A DNA stretch of 64,000 nt from an uncultured Acidimicrobiia bacterium (GTDB lineage Bacteria; Actinomycetota; Acidimicrobiia; Acidimicrobiales; AC-14), in assembly GCA_963836205.1 (NCBI GenBank), contig CAWIIV010000015.1:384001-448000 (forward strand). Reading direction: 5' to 3'. The notes under the pieces were generated by a model. That model saw only the letters and a list, made by a program, of their open reading frames with translations, did no database searches and was not told the DNA's origin. The stretch's first letter is position 1. Each line of letters begins with the position of its first letter. A program made the translations under genes and the position numbers. Shown here in pieces: positions 29,984-41,071 of this stretch.

Positions 29984-32638
29984 TTGACAGCCGTGGCCCG
30001 GACCGTCGCCGTCGTCCCCCACACCCATTGGGACCGGGAGTGGTACCAACCCTTCCAGGCCTTCCGCCTGCGGTTGGTGGAGGTGCTCGACGACGTCCTC
30101 GACCGGCTCGAAGCCGATCCCTCGATCACCCACTTCCTCCTCGACGGGCAGATGGCCGTGGTCGACGACTACCTCGCCCTCCGGCCTGAGGCCGAGCCCC
30201 GCCTGCGCCGGCTGGCGGCGGCCGGGCGCATCGCCGTGGGCCCGTGGTACGTCCTCCCCGACGAGTTCCTCGTCTCCGGCGAGACCCTCGTCCGCAACCT
30301 CCAGATGGGCCTGGAGCGGGCGGCCGCCTTCGGGGGAGCGATGGCCGTGGGCTACCTGCCCGACATGTTCGGCCACGTGGCCCAGATGCCCCAGCTCCTC
30401 CGCCAGGCCGGCTTCGACCACGCGGTGGTGTGGCGGGGCGTCCCGGCCGCAGTCAACCGCACCGCCTTCTGGTGGCGGGGGCCGGACGGGTCGGGCGTGC
30501 GGGCCGAGTACCTCCCGGTGGGCTACGGCAACGGCGCCGCCGTCCCCGACGACGCCAAGGCCCTGGTCGAGCGCATCCGGGCCCACGAGATCGAGTTGGG
30601 AGCGCTCCTCCCGGCCGACGCCCCGCTCCTATGGATGAACGGCGGCGACCACCAGCGGCTCCAGCCCCACATCGGCCGGGTGGTGGCCGAGGCCGACGAC
30701 CTCACCGACGACCACCACCTCGCGGTGACGTCGCTCCCCGCCTACCTGGCCGCCTCGTCGGTGGTCGGCCTGCCCACGTGGACGGGCGAGCTGCGCTCGG
30801 GGGCGAGGGCCAACCTCCTCATGGGGGTGGCCTCCAACCGGGTCGACGTCAAGCAGGCCGCGGCCCGCGCCGAGCGGGCCCTCGAACGCCTGGCCGAGCC
30901 CCTCGCCGCCCTCTTCGACGACATCTGGCCGGCGGCCCCTCTCCGGGTGGCGTGGACCGGGATCGTGCGCAACGCGGCGCACGACTCGGTCTGCGCCTGC
31001 TCGGCCGACGCCGTCGTCGCCGCCGTCCTCACCCGGTACGCGGAGGCAACCCACGTGGCCGAGGCGGTCACCGCCCGCGCCCTCTCCGCCCTCGGCCAGT
31101 CGATGACGGTCAAGGGTCAGGTCGTCGTCAACCCGTCGCCCCGGGCCCGCGGCGGGCTGGTCGAGCTCGTGCTCCCGGGCGTCGGCGACGTCGAGGGGGG
31201 ACAGGTGGTCGCCGCCCGCACCGGCTCCGCCACCGAACGGGTCGTCAACGGGGGCCAGCTCGGGATACTCCTCGCCCAGGTCGCCAACGACGAGGCCGTC
31301 TGGGGCGGCGCCATCGTCGGGGTCGACGTGGCCGACGACGAGTCCGGCCTCGACGTGGTCCTCCGCACCGGCCCCAAGCCGCCCACGCCCGACCCGGCCC
31401 AGGCGTCGACCCTGGCCGGCCTCTACGCCCGGGCCGGCGCCCGCCGGCGGGAGCCCGTACATGTGCGCATCGAGCACGAGCCCTACCGGCGGGTCCTGGT
31501 GCGCGCCGACGACGTGCCCGGGTTCGGCTGGAAGGCGTGGACACCCGCCGATCCTCCGTCGAACGTGGCCCCGGTGAGCGCCAGCCGGGCGGCCCCCGAC
31601 GACGGTTTCATGCTGGCCAACGGGCTGATCACCGTGACGGTCGACCCCGCCGACGGCACGTTCTCAATCGACGGGCTGCGTGGCCTCGATCTCCTCGTCG
31701 ACGACGCCGACGCCGGCGACACCTACAACTACTCGCCCCCCGACGGCGACATCGCCATCGATGCCCCCACGTCGGTCACGGTCGGCATCCACGAGCACGG
31801 GCCTCTCCGGGCCAGCCTCCGGGTGGTGCGCACCTTCGACTGGCCCGAGCGCCTGGAGGGGAAAGAACGGGCCGGCTCCCGGGCGGTGGAGGTGTCGACC
31901 CGGGTCGAGCTGCGGGCCGGCGAGCGCCTGGTGCGGGTCACCACCACCCTCGACAACCCCTGCCGCGACCACCGCCTGCGGGCGTGGTTCCCCCTGCCGA
32001 CGCCGGCCACGTCGTCCCGGGCCGAGTGCGCCTTCGGCACCGTCGAGCGGGGCCTGCTGGCCGAGGGCGGGGCCACCGAGCGGGGGCTGCCGACGTTCCC
32101 GTCCCGGCGGTTCGTCACGGCCGGCGGGCTCACCGTCGTCCACGAGGGCCTGCTCGAGTACGAGCTGGTCGACGACGGCAAGGCCCTCGCCCTCACCCTG
32201 CTGCGCTGCGTCGGGGTGCTGTCGGGCACCTACCTCGCCTACCGGCCGATGCCCGCCGGCCCGCCCCTGCCCGTCCCCGACGCCCAGATGCCCGGCCGCC
32301 ACGTGCTGCGCTACGCGGTCGCGGTCGGCGACCCCGACCCGTACGCCCTCGTCGACGACTTCTCCCTCCCGTTGCTTGTCACTACCGGCTCTGGCTCCGG
32401 GCCCCGTGCCACCACCGGCTCCGCCCTGTCCGTCACCGGCGCCCAGGTGTCGGCGGTACGGCGGGTCGGCGGCGGCTGGCTCGAAGTACGCGTCTTCAAC
32501 CCTCGCGACGAGGAGGCCACGGTCGACCTCGGTGGCCGCACCGGCTGGCTGGTCGACCTCGTCGACCGCCCCCAGGCGCCGGTCACCGGCTCGTTCCGCC
32601 TCCGCCCGTGGGGCATCGCCACCGTCCACCTCGAATGA
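29984..32638 (+). CDS. GH38 alpha-mannosidase (mannosylglycerate hydrolase-like)
   Basis: 'PHTHWDREWY', 'FLLDGQ', 'GPWYVLPDEFLVSGE', 'PDMFGH' and 'HDSVCACS'. Confidence 0.92.
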   Translation: MTAVARTVAVVPHTHWDREWYQPFQAFRLRLVEVLDDVLDRLEADPSITHFLLDGQMAVVDDYLALRPEAEPRLRRLAAAGRIAVGPWYVLPDEFLVSGETLVRNLQMGLERAAAFGGAMAVGYLPDMFGHVAQMPQLLRQAGFDHAVVWRGVPAAVNRTAFWWRGPDGSGVRAEYLPVGYGNGAAVPDDAKALVERIRAHEIELGALLPADAPLLWMNGGDHQRLQPHIGRVVAEADDLTDDHHLAVTSLPAYLAASSVVGLPTWTGELRSGARANLLMGVASNRVDVKQAAARAERALERLAEPLAALFDDIWPAAPLRVAWTGIVRNAAHDSVCACSADAVVAAVLTRYAEATHVAEAVTARALSALGQSMTVKGQVVVNPSPRARGGLVELVLPGVGDVEGGQVVAARTGSATERVVNGGQLGILLAQVANDEAVWGGAIVGVDVADDESGLDVVLRTGPKPPTPDPAQASTLAGLYARAGARRREPVHVRIEHEPYRRVLVRADDVPGFGWKAWTPADPPSNVAPVSASRAAPDDGFMLANGLITVTVDPADGTFSIDGLRGLDLLVDDADAGDTYNYSPPDGDIAIDAPTSVTVGIHEHGPLRASLRVVRTFDWPERLEGKERAGSRAVEVSTRVELRAGERLVRVTTTLDNPCRDHRLRAWFPLPTPATSSRAECAFGTVERGLLAEGGATERGLPTFPSRRFVTAGGLTVVHEGLLEYELVDDGKALALTLLRCVGVLSGTYLAYRPMPAGPPLPVPDAQMPGRHVLRYAVAVGDPDPYALVDDFSLPLLVTTGSGSGPRATTGSALSVTGAQVSAVRRVGGGWLEVRVFNPRDEEATVDLGGRTGWLVDLVDRPQAPVTGSFRLRPWGIATVHLE

Positions 32639-34028
32639 GGAACGCGGCCGCCCCGTCCGCTCCCCCGCCGGCCGGCGTCCCCCGCCGCGACGCCAAGCCG
32701 GCCGCCGCCGCGCCCGCCGCCACACCGTCGGGCCCGGCCGTCGTCAACGGCGCCGCGGCGCCGCCCTCACCACCGAAGCCCCGTCCGCCTTCCCCACCCG
32801 GCCCCGGTTGGTGTCGTCGGCCCACGGACCCATCCGCCACGTGCTCCTGTGGTACCCCACCCACACCGCCGCCGACCGGGTGGTCTACGAACGAACCTAC
32901 GGCGACCTGCTGGCCGGCCTCCCGCCCACCACCGAGGTCACGATCGTCGCCCACCCCAAAGTGGTGAAGGAGATCACCGCCATCGCCGACGCCCGGCGCC
33001 TGCCGACAGCCACCACCACCGTCGTCCGGGCGCCGTCGTCGGTGGCCTTCTCGGTGTGGGCGGAGGACGCCTTCGTGGTCGTCGAAGACCTCGACCGCCG
33101 CCCACCGGTGACGTTCCTGCTCGAGCCCGAGCGATTCCCCCGAGTCGGCGACTTCCAGATCGCGGAGCTGGTCGCCACCGCGTCCCCGTTGGAGACGGCC
33201 CAGAGCCCACTCGTCTTCCAGGGCGGCAACATCCTCATCGGCGACGACTTCGCCTTCGTCGGCGCCGACTACCTCGACGACAGCGTGGCCACGATCGAAG
33301 CCATCGGGTCGGTGGAGGACTTCCCCTTCACCGGCTCGGCCCGGGCCAAGGAGGACTTCGTCAAACGCCTGTTCCGGGAGCAGTTCGACCCCGCCCGGAC
33401 GTTCCATTTCCCCGCTTCCCAGTCCCGCGACCGGGCCTCGAACGCGATCGTCGACATTGACGGGGAGCGGTGGCTGGAGACCGTGGAATCGGGACGGGGC
33501 AACCGCCAGCCCATCTTCCACATCGACATGTTCCTCTCCCTGGCCGGTCGGGCGGCAGGCGGGTCGGGCGCGAAGTACCAGATCCTGGTGGGCGACCCCG
33601 GCCTGGCCGATCGCACCCTGGGCTGGGACCCGGTGGCCCACAACCTCCAGGCCGAGTTCGACGCCGTCGCCAACCAGCTCCGGCGCCTTGGATTCTCTGT
33701 CCGCCGCACGCCGCTGCCCTACGTCTCGGTCGAGCTGCGGGGCGCGTTCGTGGTCGAGGTCGACGGCCGGCAGGTGGAGGTGGCCGGCGAGCGGTTCTGG
33801 TACTTCGCCACGTCGAACAACTCGCTGGTCCAGATCGACGGCGGGGCCAAGGACGTCTGGCTGCCCACCTACGGCCATGCCCCGTTCGCCGAGCTGGCCG
33901 CCACCGACGCCGCCCACCGGGCCACGTGGGAGTCGCTCGGCTTCACCGTCCACCAGCTGGGCGACTTCCACCTCTTCGCCATGCGCCTGGGCGCCCTGCA
34001 TTGCATCAAGAAGTATCTGGCCCGCTGA
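32635..34028 (+). CDS. Pentein-superfamily (agmatine/peptidyl-arginine deiminase-like) protein; N-terminal frameshift likely
   Basis: 'WAED', 'FQGGN', 'FHIDM' and C-terminal 'GALHC'; ATGA overlap with the GH38 gene. Confidence 0.7.
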
Positions 34029-34280
34029 GCGCGAGCAGCTCCCCGGCCACCCACCACTGAGGGGGCCGACCCGGTCGGACGGGGGTGACGTCGAGGGTTT
34101 GCAGGATCCCCCGGGCGGCCAGCGCCTCGATCGCCCCCCGGGCCGCCGGCGGCGACACCCCCAGGAGCTCGGCCACCTGCGGTGCAGTCACGACGAGCCG
34201 GAGCGGCAACAGCTCCACCAGCCGGCGGGCGGCGCCGCCAGCCGGCCCCTCCGAACGCCGCTGGTAGAGTCCCCGCCCAT
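34006..34280 (-). pseudogene. Fragment resembling the C-terminal wHTH of a Fic-family protein
   Basis: 'VVTAPQVAELLGVSPPAARGAIEALAARGIL...WWVAGELL'; no Fic catalytic region present. Confidence 0.45.
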
Positions 34281-34341
34281 GGTGAGAGTCGGAGGCGTAC
34301 GGGCGCCCGGCGGCCGCGCCGCGGACGGGTAGACCGGTCCC

Positions 34342-34596
34342 ATGGCGCAGAACGGCCACAAGCCGGTGAAGGCCTTCGTCCTCGGCAGCATCATCAGCCC
34401 GGTGGTGTTGTGGGCCGTCAAGCGAAGCCTCACCGACAGTGTCAAGGCCACGATCATGCCGGTCGTCACGCCCATGGCCCGCGACGCGGCCAAGAAGGTC
34501 ATCGGCGCCGGTCTCCAGGTCAGGCAGATCCTCGCCGAGGCCGCCGAGGAGGCAGCTGCGGCCGCGGCCGCGGCACCGGAGTCGGAGTCGGAGTAG
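34342..34596 (+). CDS. Small hypothetical protein (possibly DUF5132-like)
   Basis: Hydrophobic N-terminus followed by the amphipathic 'PMARDAAKKVIGAGLQVRQILAEA'. Confidence 0.55.
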   Translation: MAQNGHKPVKAFVLGSIISPVVLWAVKRSLTDSVKATIMPVVTPMARDAAKKVIGAGLQVRQILAEAAEEAAAAAAAAPESESE

Positions 34597-34606
34597 CGCC
34601 CCAGGC

Positions 34607-35554
34607 CTACGGCAGGCGGGAGAACCAGACCAGGCTGGCGGCGGCCGCGGCCAGGCCGAAGAAGAGGCCCAGGCCCACGAACCACGACGTGATCTCCCGC
34701 TTCTCGGTGCGGTAGCCGACCGAGCTGCCGATGTCGGAGTAGACCTTGCGCAGCTCCTTGGCGGTGGCCGCCTCGAACGCGCTCCCGTCGGTCTGCTCGG
34801 CCAGCTGGGCCAGGGCGTCGCGGTTGACGGGGACGGGGATGCTGCGGCCCTCGACCGACACGAAGCCCTCGTCGGTGCCGAAGGCGATGGTGGACACCGG
34901 CACCTTGGCGTCGATGGCGGCCGCCGCGGCCAGCTCGTTGGACCGGCCCACGGTGGTCTCGCCGTCGGACATGAGCACGATCCGGGCCGGGGGCGGCGTC
35001 TGGCCGGGGGCGGTGGGCACCGAGGCGATGGCGCCCAGGCTGGCGAAGACGGCCTCGCCGATGGCCGTGCGGGGCCCGAGGACGATGTTCTCCAGGTTGC
35101 GCTTGACCAGCTCGTGGTCGGTGGTGGGCGACACCATCACCTGGGCCACGCCCGAGAACACGACCAGGCCGAGGTTGAGGCGGGCGGGGACGATGTCGAC
35201 GAACTCGGACGCGGCCGCCTGGGCGGCCACGATGCGGGTGGGCGCCACGTCGGTGGCCTCCATCGAGAGCGACACGTCGATGGCCATCACGACGGTGGCC
35301 CGCTCCCGAGGCACCTTGATGGGCCGGGCCGGCTGGGCGAAGGCCGTCACCATGAAGCCGAGGGCGAGGAGGAAGGCGGTGGCGGGGACGTGCCGGCGCC
35401 AGCCGGGGCGCTTGGGGGCGATGGTGTCGAGCAGGGCCAGGTTGGTGAAGCGGACGGCGTACTTCTTGCGCCGGCCCTGCATCAGGACGTAGGCGACGAT
35501 CAGGCAAACCAGTCCCAGCAGCAGCCACAGCCGCGCCCCGGAGAGGAAGCTCAC
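34607..35554 (-). CDS. VWA domain membrane protein (BatA-like)
   Basis: MIDAS motif 'DVSLSM', 'TAIGEA' and 'LMSDG'. Confidence 0.93.
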   Translation of the reverse strand: MSFLSGARLWLLLGLVCLIVAYVLMQGRRKKYAVRFTNLALLDTIAPKRPGWRRHVPATAFLLALGFMVTAFAQPARPIKVPRERATVVMAIDVSLSMEATDVAPTRIVAAQAAASEFVDIVPARLNLGLVVFSGVAQVMVSPTTDHELVKRNLENIVLGPRTAIGEAVFASLGAIASVPTAPGQTPPPARIVLMSDGETTVGRSNELAAAAAIDAKVPVSTIAFGTDEGFVSVEGRSIPVPVNRDALAQLAEQTDGSAFEAATAKELRKVYSDIGSSVGYRTEKREITSWFVGLGLFFGLAAAAASLVWFSRLP

Positions 35555-36522
35555 CGCTTCACCGCCGCCCGGGACAGGGCGTCGCGCTTGCGGCGGGCCA
35601 TGAGCACGAAGCCGACGATGTCGCGCAACCAGTCACGGTCGGTACGCAGCTGGAGGTGCGACGCACCCGCGCCCCGGATGGACTTGGCAATGCCGGCCCG
35701 CTGCTCAACCGCCGCAACCGCGTACCGGCGGCGGAGCGACTCGTTGGCCGTCTGGACCTCCCGCAGGGCGCCGGTCTCCGGATCCACGAGCGTGAGGTAC
35801 CCCACGTTGGGAAGCTCAAGCTCCCGGGGGTCGACGACCTCGATGCAAAGCACCTGGTGGCGGGCGCAGAGGGCCCGCAGTGGGCGTTCCCATCCGGGGG
35901 GGGCCAGGAAGTCGGACACGACCACGGTGAGGCCCCGGCGACGCGGCGGGCGGAGGAGGCTCTCGAGGGCGGCACCGAGGTCGGTCGCGCCACCCCCCTC
36001 GATCCGGGACCGGGTGGCGAGGGTGTGGAGGAGGCCGAGGAGGGCCTGGCGCCCGGGACGGGCCGGCACCCGGGTCGTCCCGTCGGGGCGGACGATCACC
36101 GCGCCGATGCGGTTGCCGGTGCGGGCGGTGAGGAACCCGACCGCCGCCACCGCGGCCAGGGCCAGGTCGCGCTTCTCGCACAGGGCGGTGCCGAAGTCGA
36201 GGCTGGCCGAGCAGTCGACCAGGGCCCACGTCTCCAGCTCGCGGTCGGCGATGGCGTCGCGCACGTGGGGGACGGTCGTGCGGGCGGTGACGTTCCAGTC
36301 GATGCGGCGGACGTCGTCGCCCTCGACGTAGGCCCGGGTCTCCCCCGGCTCGGTGCCGTGGCCGGGGACGAGGCCGAGGTAGTCGCCCTGGAGCAGCCCG
36401 TCGAGACGGCGGGTGACGACCAGCTCGAGCTGGCGCAGCACCTCCTGGGGACGCCGCCCGGCCGATGACGGCACGGTGATCGGCGCCCGGGTCGGCGCCG
36501 GGACGGCTGCGGTGCGGGCCAA
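35551..36522 (-). CDS. DUF58 family protein
   Basis: 'RAYVEGDDVRRIDWNVTAR', 'DCSASL' and 'VSDFL'; start position approximate. Confidence 0.92.
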   Translation of the reverse strand: MARTAAVPAPTRAPITVPSSAGRRPQEVLRQLELVVTRRLDGLLQGDYLGLVPGHGTEPGETRAYVEGDDVRRIDWNVTARTTVPHVRDAIADRELETWALVDCSASLDFGTALCEKRDLALAAVAAVGFLTARTGNRIGAVIVRPDGTTRVPARPGRQALLGLLHTLATRSRIEGGGATDLGAALESLLRPPRRRGLTVVVSDFLAPPGWERPLRALCARHQVLCIEVVDPRELELPNVGYLTLVDPETGALREVQTANESLRRRYAVAAVEQRAGIAKSIRGAGASHLQLRTDRDWLRDIVGFVLMARRKRDALSRAAVKR

Positions 36523-36524
36523 CG

Positions 36525-37553
36525 TCAGGCCGAACGTTCCATGTCGGCCCCGTCCTGGCTGGGGGCCAACCGGGGCTGAGGAACGGTGGCGAGCACCTTG
36601 TCGATGAGCTCGTCGACCAGTTGGCCGTCGGCCAGGGCCTCGTAGGAGAGCACCAGCCGGTGGCGGAGGACGTCGTGGGCCACGTCGACCACGTCGGCCG
36701 GCAGGACGTAGTCGCGGCCCCGGAGCAGGGCCAGGGCCCGGGCGCCGGCGATGAGTCCCAGGCTGGCCCGGGGGCTGGCGCCGTACTCGATGGCCGAGGC
36801 CAGCTCGGGCATGCCGTTGTCGGCCGGGGCCCGGGTGGACTGCACGATGCGCACGGCGTAGTCGACGATGGCCCGGTGGGCGAAGACGGCGTCGCACGCA
36901 GCTTGGAGCCGGACCAGCTCCTCCAGGCTGATCACCTGGTTGGCGTGGGGCGGGTTGACGCTCATCCGCTGGACGATCTCGATCTCCTCTGCCCGGTCGG
37001 GGTACTCGACCACGATCTTCATGAGGAACCGGTCGCGCTGGGCTTCGGGCAGCGGGTAGACGCCCTCCGACTCGATCGGGTTCTGGGTGGCGAGCACCAG
37101 GAAGGGGCGGGGGACGGGATAGGTGTTGCCTGCGATCGAGACCTGCTGGGCCGACATCACCTCAAGCAGTGCCGACTGGACCTTGGCCGGCGCCCGGTTG
37201 ACCTCGTCGGTGAGGACGAAGTTGGCGAACACGGGGCCGAGCTCGACGTCGAAGGTCTCGGTGGAGGCCCGGTAGATGCGGGTTCCCACCAGATCGGACG
37301 GGATGAGGTCGGGGGTGAACTGGAGGCGCACGAACGTGCCCCCCACCACCTCGGCCAGAGTTTCCACGGCCAGGGTCTTGGCCAGGCCGGGGACGCCTTC
37401 GAGCAGGCAGTGGCCCCGGGCCAGCAGGCACACCATCATCCGCTCGACCACCCGGTCCTGCCCGACGATCACCTTCTTGACCTCGAACAGGGCCTGTTCG
37501 AGCGATGCGGCGGCAGAGAGGCCGGAGAAGGGCGACGAATGGGCATCGGTCAT
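36525..37553 (-). CDS. moxR: MoxR-family AAA+ ATPase
   Basis: 'LEGVPGLAKT', 'QFTPDL', 'DEVNRAPAKVQSALLE' and 'ATQNPIESEG'. Confidence 0.95.
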   Translation of the reverse strand: MTDAHSSPFSGLSAAASLEQALFEVKKVIVGQDRVVERMMVCLLARGHCLLEGVPGLAKTLAVETLAEVVGGTFVRLQFTPDLIPSDLVGTRIYRASTETFDVELGPVFANFVLTDEVNRAPAKVQSALLEVMSAQQVSIAGNTYPVPRPFLVLATQNPIESEGVYPLPEAQRDRFLMKIVVEYPDRAEEIEIVQRMSVNPPHANQVISLEELVRLQAACDAVFAHRAIVDYAVRIVQSTRAPADNGMPELASAIEYGASPRASLGLIAGARALALLRGRDYVLPADVVDVAHDVLRHRLVLSYEALADGQLVDELIDKVLATVPQPRLAPSQDGADMERSA

Positions 37554-38614
37554 GCCCGAATGGTACGCCCCCGAATCTGTGAAGGGGCTGTGTCGCGGGC
37601 GAGAAGTGTCGGTGAGAATGCCCCCGGTCCGAACTCGGGCTTGGCGCCGCGACCCATGAGGAGCGTGACCACCTCCGCCGGCGGCTTGCCGTGGTGGAGC
37701 ACGGCCACCACCTGCTCGGCGATAGGCATCTCCACGCCCACCTGGCCGGCCAGGTCGACCACTGCGGCCGACGTGCGCACGCCCTCGGCCACCATCCGGG
37801 TGCCGGCGAGGATGTCGACCAGGGTGTGGCCCTTGCTGAGCTGCTCGCCCACCCACCGGTTGCGGCTGTGGCGGCTTGTGCAAGTCGCCACCAGGTCGCC
37901 CATGCCCGTCAGGCCGGAGAACGTCACCGGCTGCCCACCGAGGGCGACGCCCAGGCGGGCCAGCTCGGCCAGGCCCCGGGTGACCACCGCCCCCCGGGTG
38001 TTGTCGCCGAAGCCCATGCCGTCGGCGATCCCGGCGGCAATGGCGATGACGTTCTTGAGTGCACCCCCGAGCTCGCAGCCGACCACGTCGGGGTTGGTGT
38101 AGACCCGGAAGCTGCCGGTAGTGAACAGGTGCTGGAGCTCGTTGGCCAGGTGTTCGTCGGCGGTGGCCACGACGCTGGCCGTGGGCTGGCCGGCCACGAT
38201 CTCGTCGACCAGGTTGGGGCCGGTGAGCACCGCGAACGGCTGGCCCGGCATGAGTTCGGCCACGATCTCGCTCATCCGGCGCAGGGCCACCTGTTCGACA
38301 CCCTTGGTGAGGCTGACGACGGCGGCGCCAGGTCGGATGTTCGGCCGACCCTCCGTGAGCACGGCGCGGAAGCCGTGGGAGGGGACGGCCATGACCACGA
38401 CGTCGGCCCCGTCGAGGGCCTCGGCCAGGTCGGCGGTGGCCCGCAGCGGTGCGGGAAGGCGCAGGTCGGGGAGGTAGTCGGGGTTGTGCCCGTCGGCCTG
38501 GATGGCGGCGGCGAGCTCGGGGCGGCGGGCCCACAAGGTCGTCGGGACCTTGGCCGACAGCATGGCCGCCATCGCCGTCCCCCACGACCCGGCGCCGACG
38601 ACCGCCACCCTCAT
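37550..38614 (-). CDS. gpsA: NAD(P)H-dependent glycerol-3-phosphate dehydrogenase
   Basis: 'GAGSWGTA', 'GALKNVIAIAAG' and 'GDLVATCTSRHSRN'. Confidence 0.95.
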   Translation of the reverse strand: MRVAVVGAGSWGTAMAAMLSAKVPTTLWARRPELAAAIQADGHNPDYLPDLRLPAPLRATADLAEALDGADVVVMAVPSHGFRAVLTEGRPNIRPGAAVVSLTKGVEQVALRRMSEIVAELMPGQPFAVLTGPNLVDEIVAGQPTASVVATADEHLANELQHLFTTGSFRVYTNPDVVGCELGGALKNVIAIAAGIADGMGFGDNTRGAVVTRGLAELARLGVALGGQPVTFSGLTGMGDLVATCTSRHSRNRWVGEQLSKGHTLVDILAGTRMVAEGVRTSAAVVDLAGQVGVEMPIAEQVVAVLHHGKPPAEVVTLLMGRGAKPEFGPGAFSPTLLARDTAPSQIRGRTIRA

Positions 38615-38648
38615 GACGCCGCCCTCCATCGGTGGCAACCCTACGACC

Positions 38649-41001
38649 TCACTGGCGGGTACCGACGGCCGACGACCGCTGCACCCCGGAGCCCGGCGTG
38701 CAGCCGGGTGGCTGGTGTCGAAGGTGGTCACCACCGATCCGGTCAAGCCGGTGGCGCGCCAGGCACCGCTCGGGGCGCGGGCGGCCGACGTCGGGCGGAG
38801 GTGGATCAGGACGGACGCCACGCCGGCGTTGGCCACCAGGAGCGCCCCGGTCGACAGGACGATGCAGTCCTGGGGGCCAGACGCCGAGACGACGTACTCC
38901 TCCACCTGGCGGAGGACCTCGTAGTCACCCGCCGTCCCCGAGACCGCCATCCGGAGGACGCATGGCGTCGAGACGCAGTCCGACCGGATCGTGTACGTCT
39001 TCTCCACGCTCTGGCCGATCTGGTCGCCGAAGAAGCCGGTCGACTCGAAGACGGCCAACCGCATCCGCCATGCGCCGGCGACGTCGGAGCCCGCGATCTC
39101 GGCCGGGCTCGGGGCCGCACCCGTCGGAGATCCGTCGGCGCGGGTGACACCCGGGCCGCGGGGGTCGGCGGCCTCGGTCGTCGTGTCGGTGGACTGGTTG
39201 CGGTCGACCGCGACGGCGATGCCAACCCCCAAGAGGATCAGCACCACCCCGGCCAGGCTGCGAACCACGGCCCGCGGGTAAGGCCGCCGCGCTCGGCCCT
39301 TGTCCGGCGGGACGGACGGGTCATGCGTCGGCGGGTCCTGGGTCGTCGGGGTAGTCGAGGTCGAGGGCTTCTCGGCCGTCACCACAACCGGCCGGGCCGT
39401 CGGAGCCGGGGCCGCCCGCCGCTTCTTGCCCCCACTCCGCTGGTGATGAGGCTTCTTGGCCACCGGCGCCGCCTTGGCCGCTGAGGTGGTCTTGGCCGGC
39501 GCGGGCGTCGTCGCCTCTTGGGCTGGTTTAGGTGCGCCTGGCACCCCTTTTCCGACCACAGAAGCCTTGGGCGTCGGCGACGCGGTGACTTGGTCGGGCG
39601 CGGCGCCTGCGTCGGGGGCGGAGGCTCGGCCGGAGGCGGCGGCGTGGTCGGAGGCGGCGGCGTGGTCGGGGCGGCGGCGTGGTCGGGTGCGGCGGCGTGG
39701 TCGGGTGCGGCGGCGTGGTCGGGTGCGGCGGCGTGGTCGGGTGCGGCGGCGTGGTCGGGTGCGGCGGCGTGGTCGGGTGCGGCGGCCTGGTCGGCTGCTG
39801 CCGCCTCTGGCAGCGCCGAGGCGTCGCCCGGCTCCTCCGGCGCGCCGGATGCGTCGGATGCGGCGAGCCCGGTGGGCTCGACCGATGCAGCGGCCTGTGC
39901 TGCATCGTCCGGCATACCGGCGGCCGCCTCGGCGAAGGCGCCGGCCTCAGCTGCATCGTCCGGCATACCGGCGGCCCCCGCGGCGATGGCGGCGTCATCG
40001 GGCGAGCCGGCCGCCTCGGGCGAGCCGGCCGCCTCTGGTGAGCCGGCATCGTCGTGCCCATGCTCCGAGTGGGCTTCGTCCAGGGCTACCGCATCGTTCC
40101 GGGCGGCGACGGCCTCGTCCGGTCCGGAAGCGCCATCGGCAGCGGAATCCTCCGGCGGGACCGCCGCGTCCGCGCCCGACCCGGTGCGCTCCCCCACCTC
40201 GGCCGCGTGGTCGGAGACCTCGGCGCCCAGCGAGTCGACTACGGCCGATGCCATCGGCTCGCTGTCTGCATCCGCCACCCGCGGCCCGGCGGGCGGGGCG
40301 ACGGCCCGGGTGGCGAGGGACGGGGTGGCCGTCCATCCCTTCCCGAAGTCCGACCCAGCGGCCTTCTCGATGGCCTTCAGCAACGCAGCCGCATCCTTGA
40401 ACCGGTCCTTGGGCCGGGTCGACGTCGCCCGGGCCACGACATCCTCCAGCTTCGGGTGACGGGCGCCGCCGGCCAGCAGGTCACGGAACACGGTCGCCAC
40501 CGCCACCACGTCGGACCGGACGTCGGCCGGTCCGCGCCCGGGTAGGCCGGCGAAGCCGAATCCGACCAGCCGGGGCACGCCCCCGGCCGCCACCACGATG
40601 GTCGCCGGGGAGATGTCCCCGTGGACGACGCCCCGCCCGTGGACGGCGCCCAACCCCCGCAGGACGCCCGAGGCCAGCGTCACCGACTGCTCGGCCGTCA
40701 GCCGTCCGTCGGCAAGCACCTCGCCCAACTCCCGGCCCTCGACCCAGCTCTCCACCACCCACACCCGCCCGGGACCCTCGACGACCTCCCGGATGGGCAG
40801 CACGTTCGGATGGCCGACCTTGGCCAGCGCCGCCACTGTCGAGCGGAGGCGACCAAGGACGGCTGCGTCCGACGCCGCCGCCGGGCTCAGCTCGGTGACG
40901 GCGACCGCCTCGCCGGTCGGCAGGTGCCTGGCCCACGACACCGCGCCGGTGGGTCCGACGGCCGGTGCGTCGGCGAGGGCGTAGTCGTCGAAGCCCCCCA
41001 C
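38649..41001 (-). CDS. Membrane Ser/Thr kinase-like protein with a degenerate kinase domain, a repeat linker and an extracellular domain (several frameshifts)
   Basis: 'HPNVLPI' and 'VVHGDISPATI...LVGFG'; TM 'LAGVVLILLGVGIAVAV'; C-terminal domain with Cys pairs. Confidence 0.65.
39636..39794. repeat. 18-bp tandem repeat (about 9 units) encoding PDHAAA
   Basis: GCGGCGGCGTGGTCGGGT: six perfect copies plus variants, one of which is 17 bp. Confidence 0.9.
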
Positions 41002-41071
41002 CGCTCCCCCTTCACCCGATCAAGAGGAGGCTAGCCCGGCGTCCCGGCCCGCTCCCGTACACTCGGCGGAG

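Noticed and set aside
37550-39559. 669-aa fusion of an extracellular domain to GpsA
   Set aside because: Frameshift read-through; gpsA has its own start at 38614.
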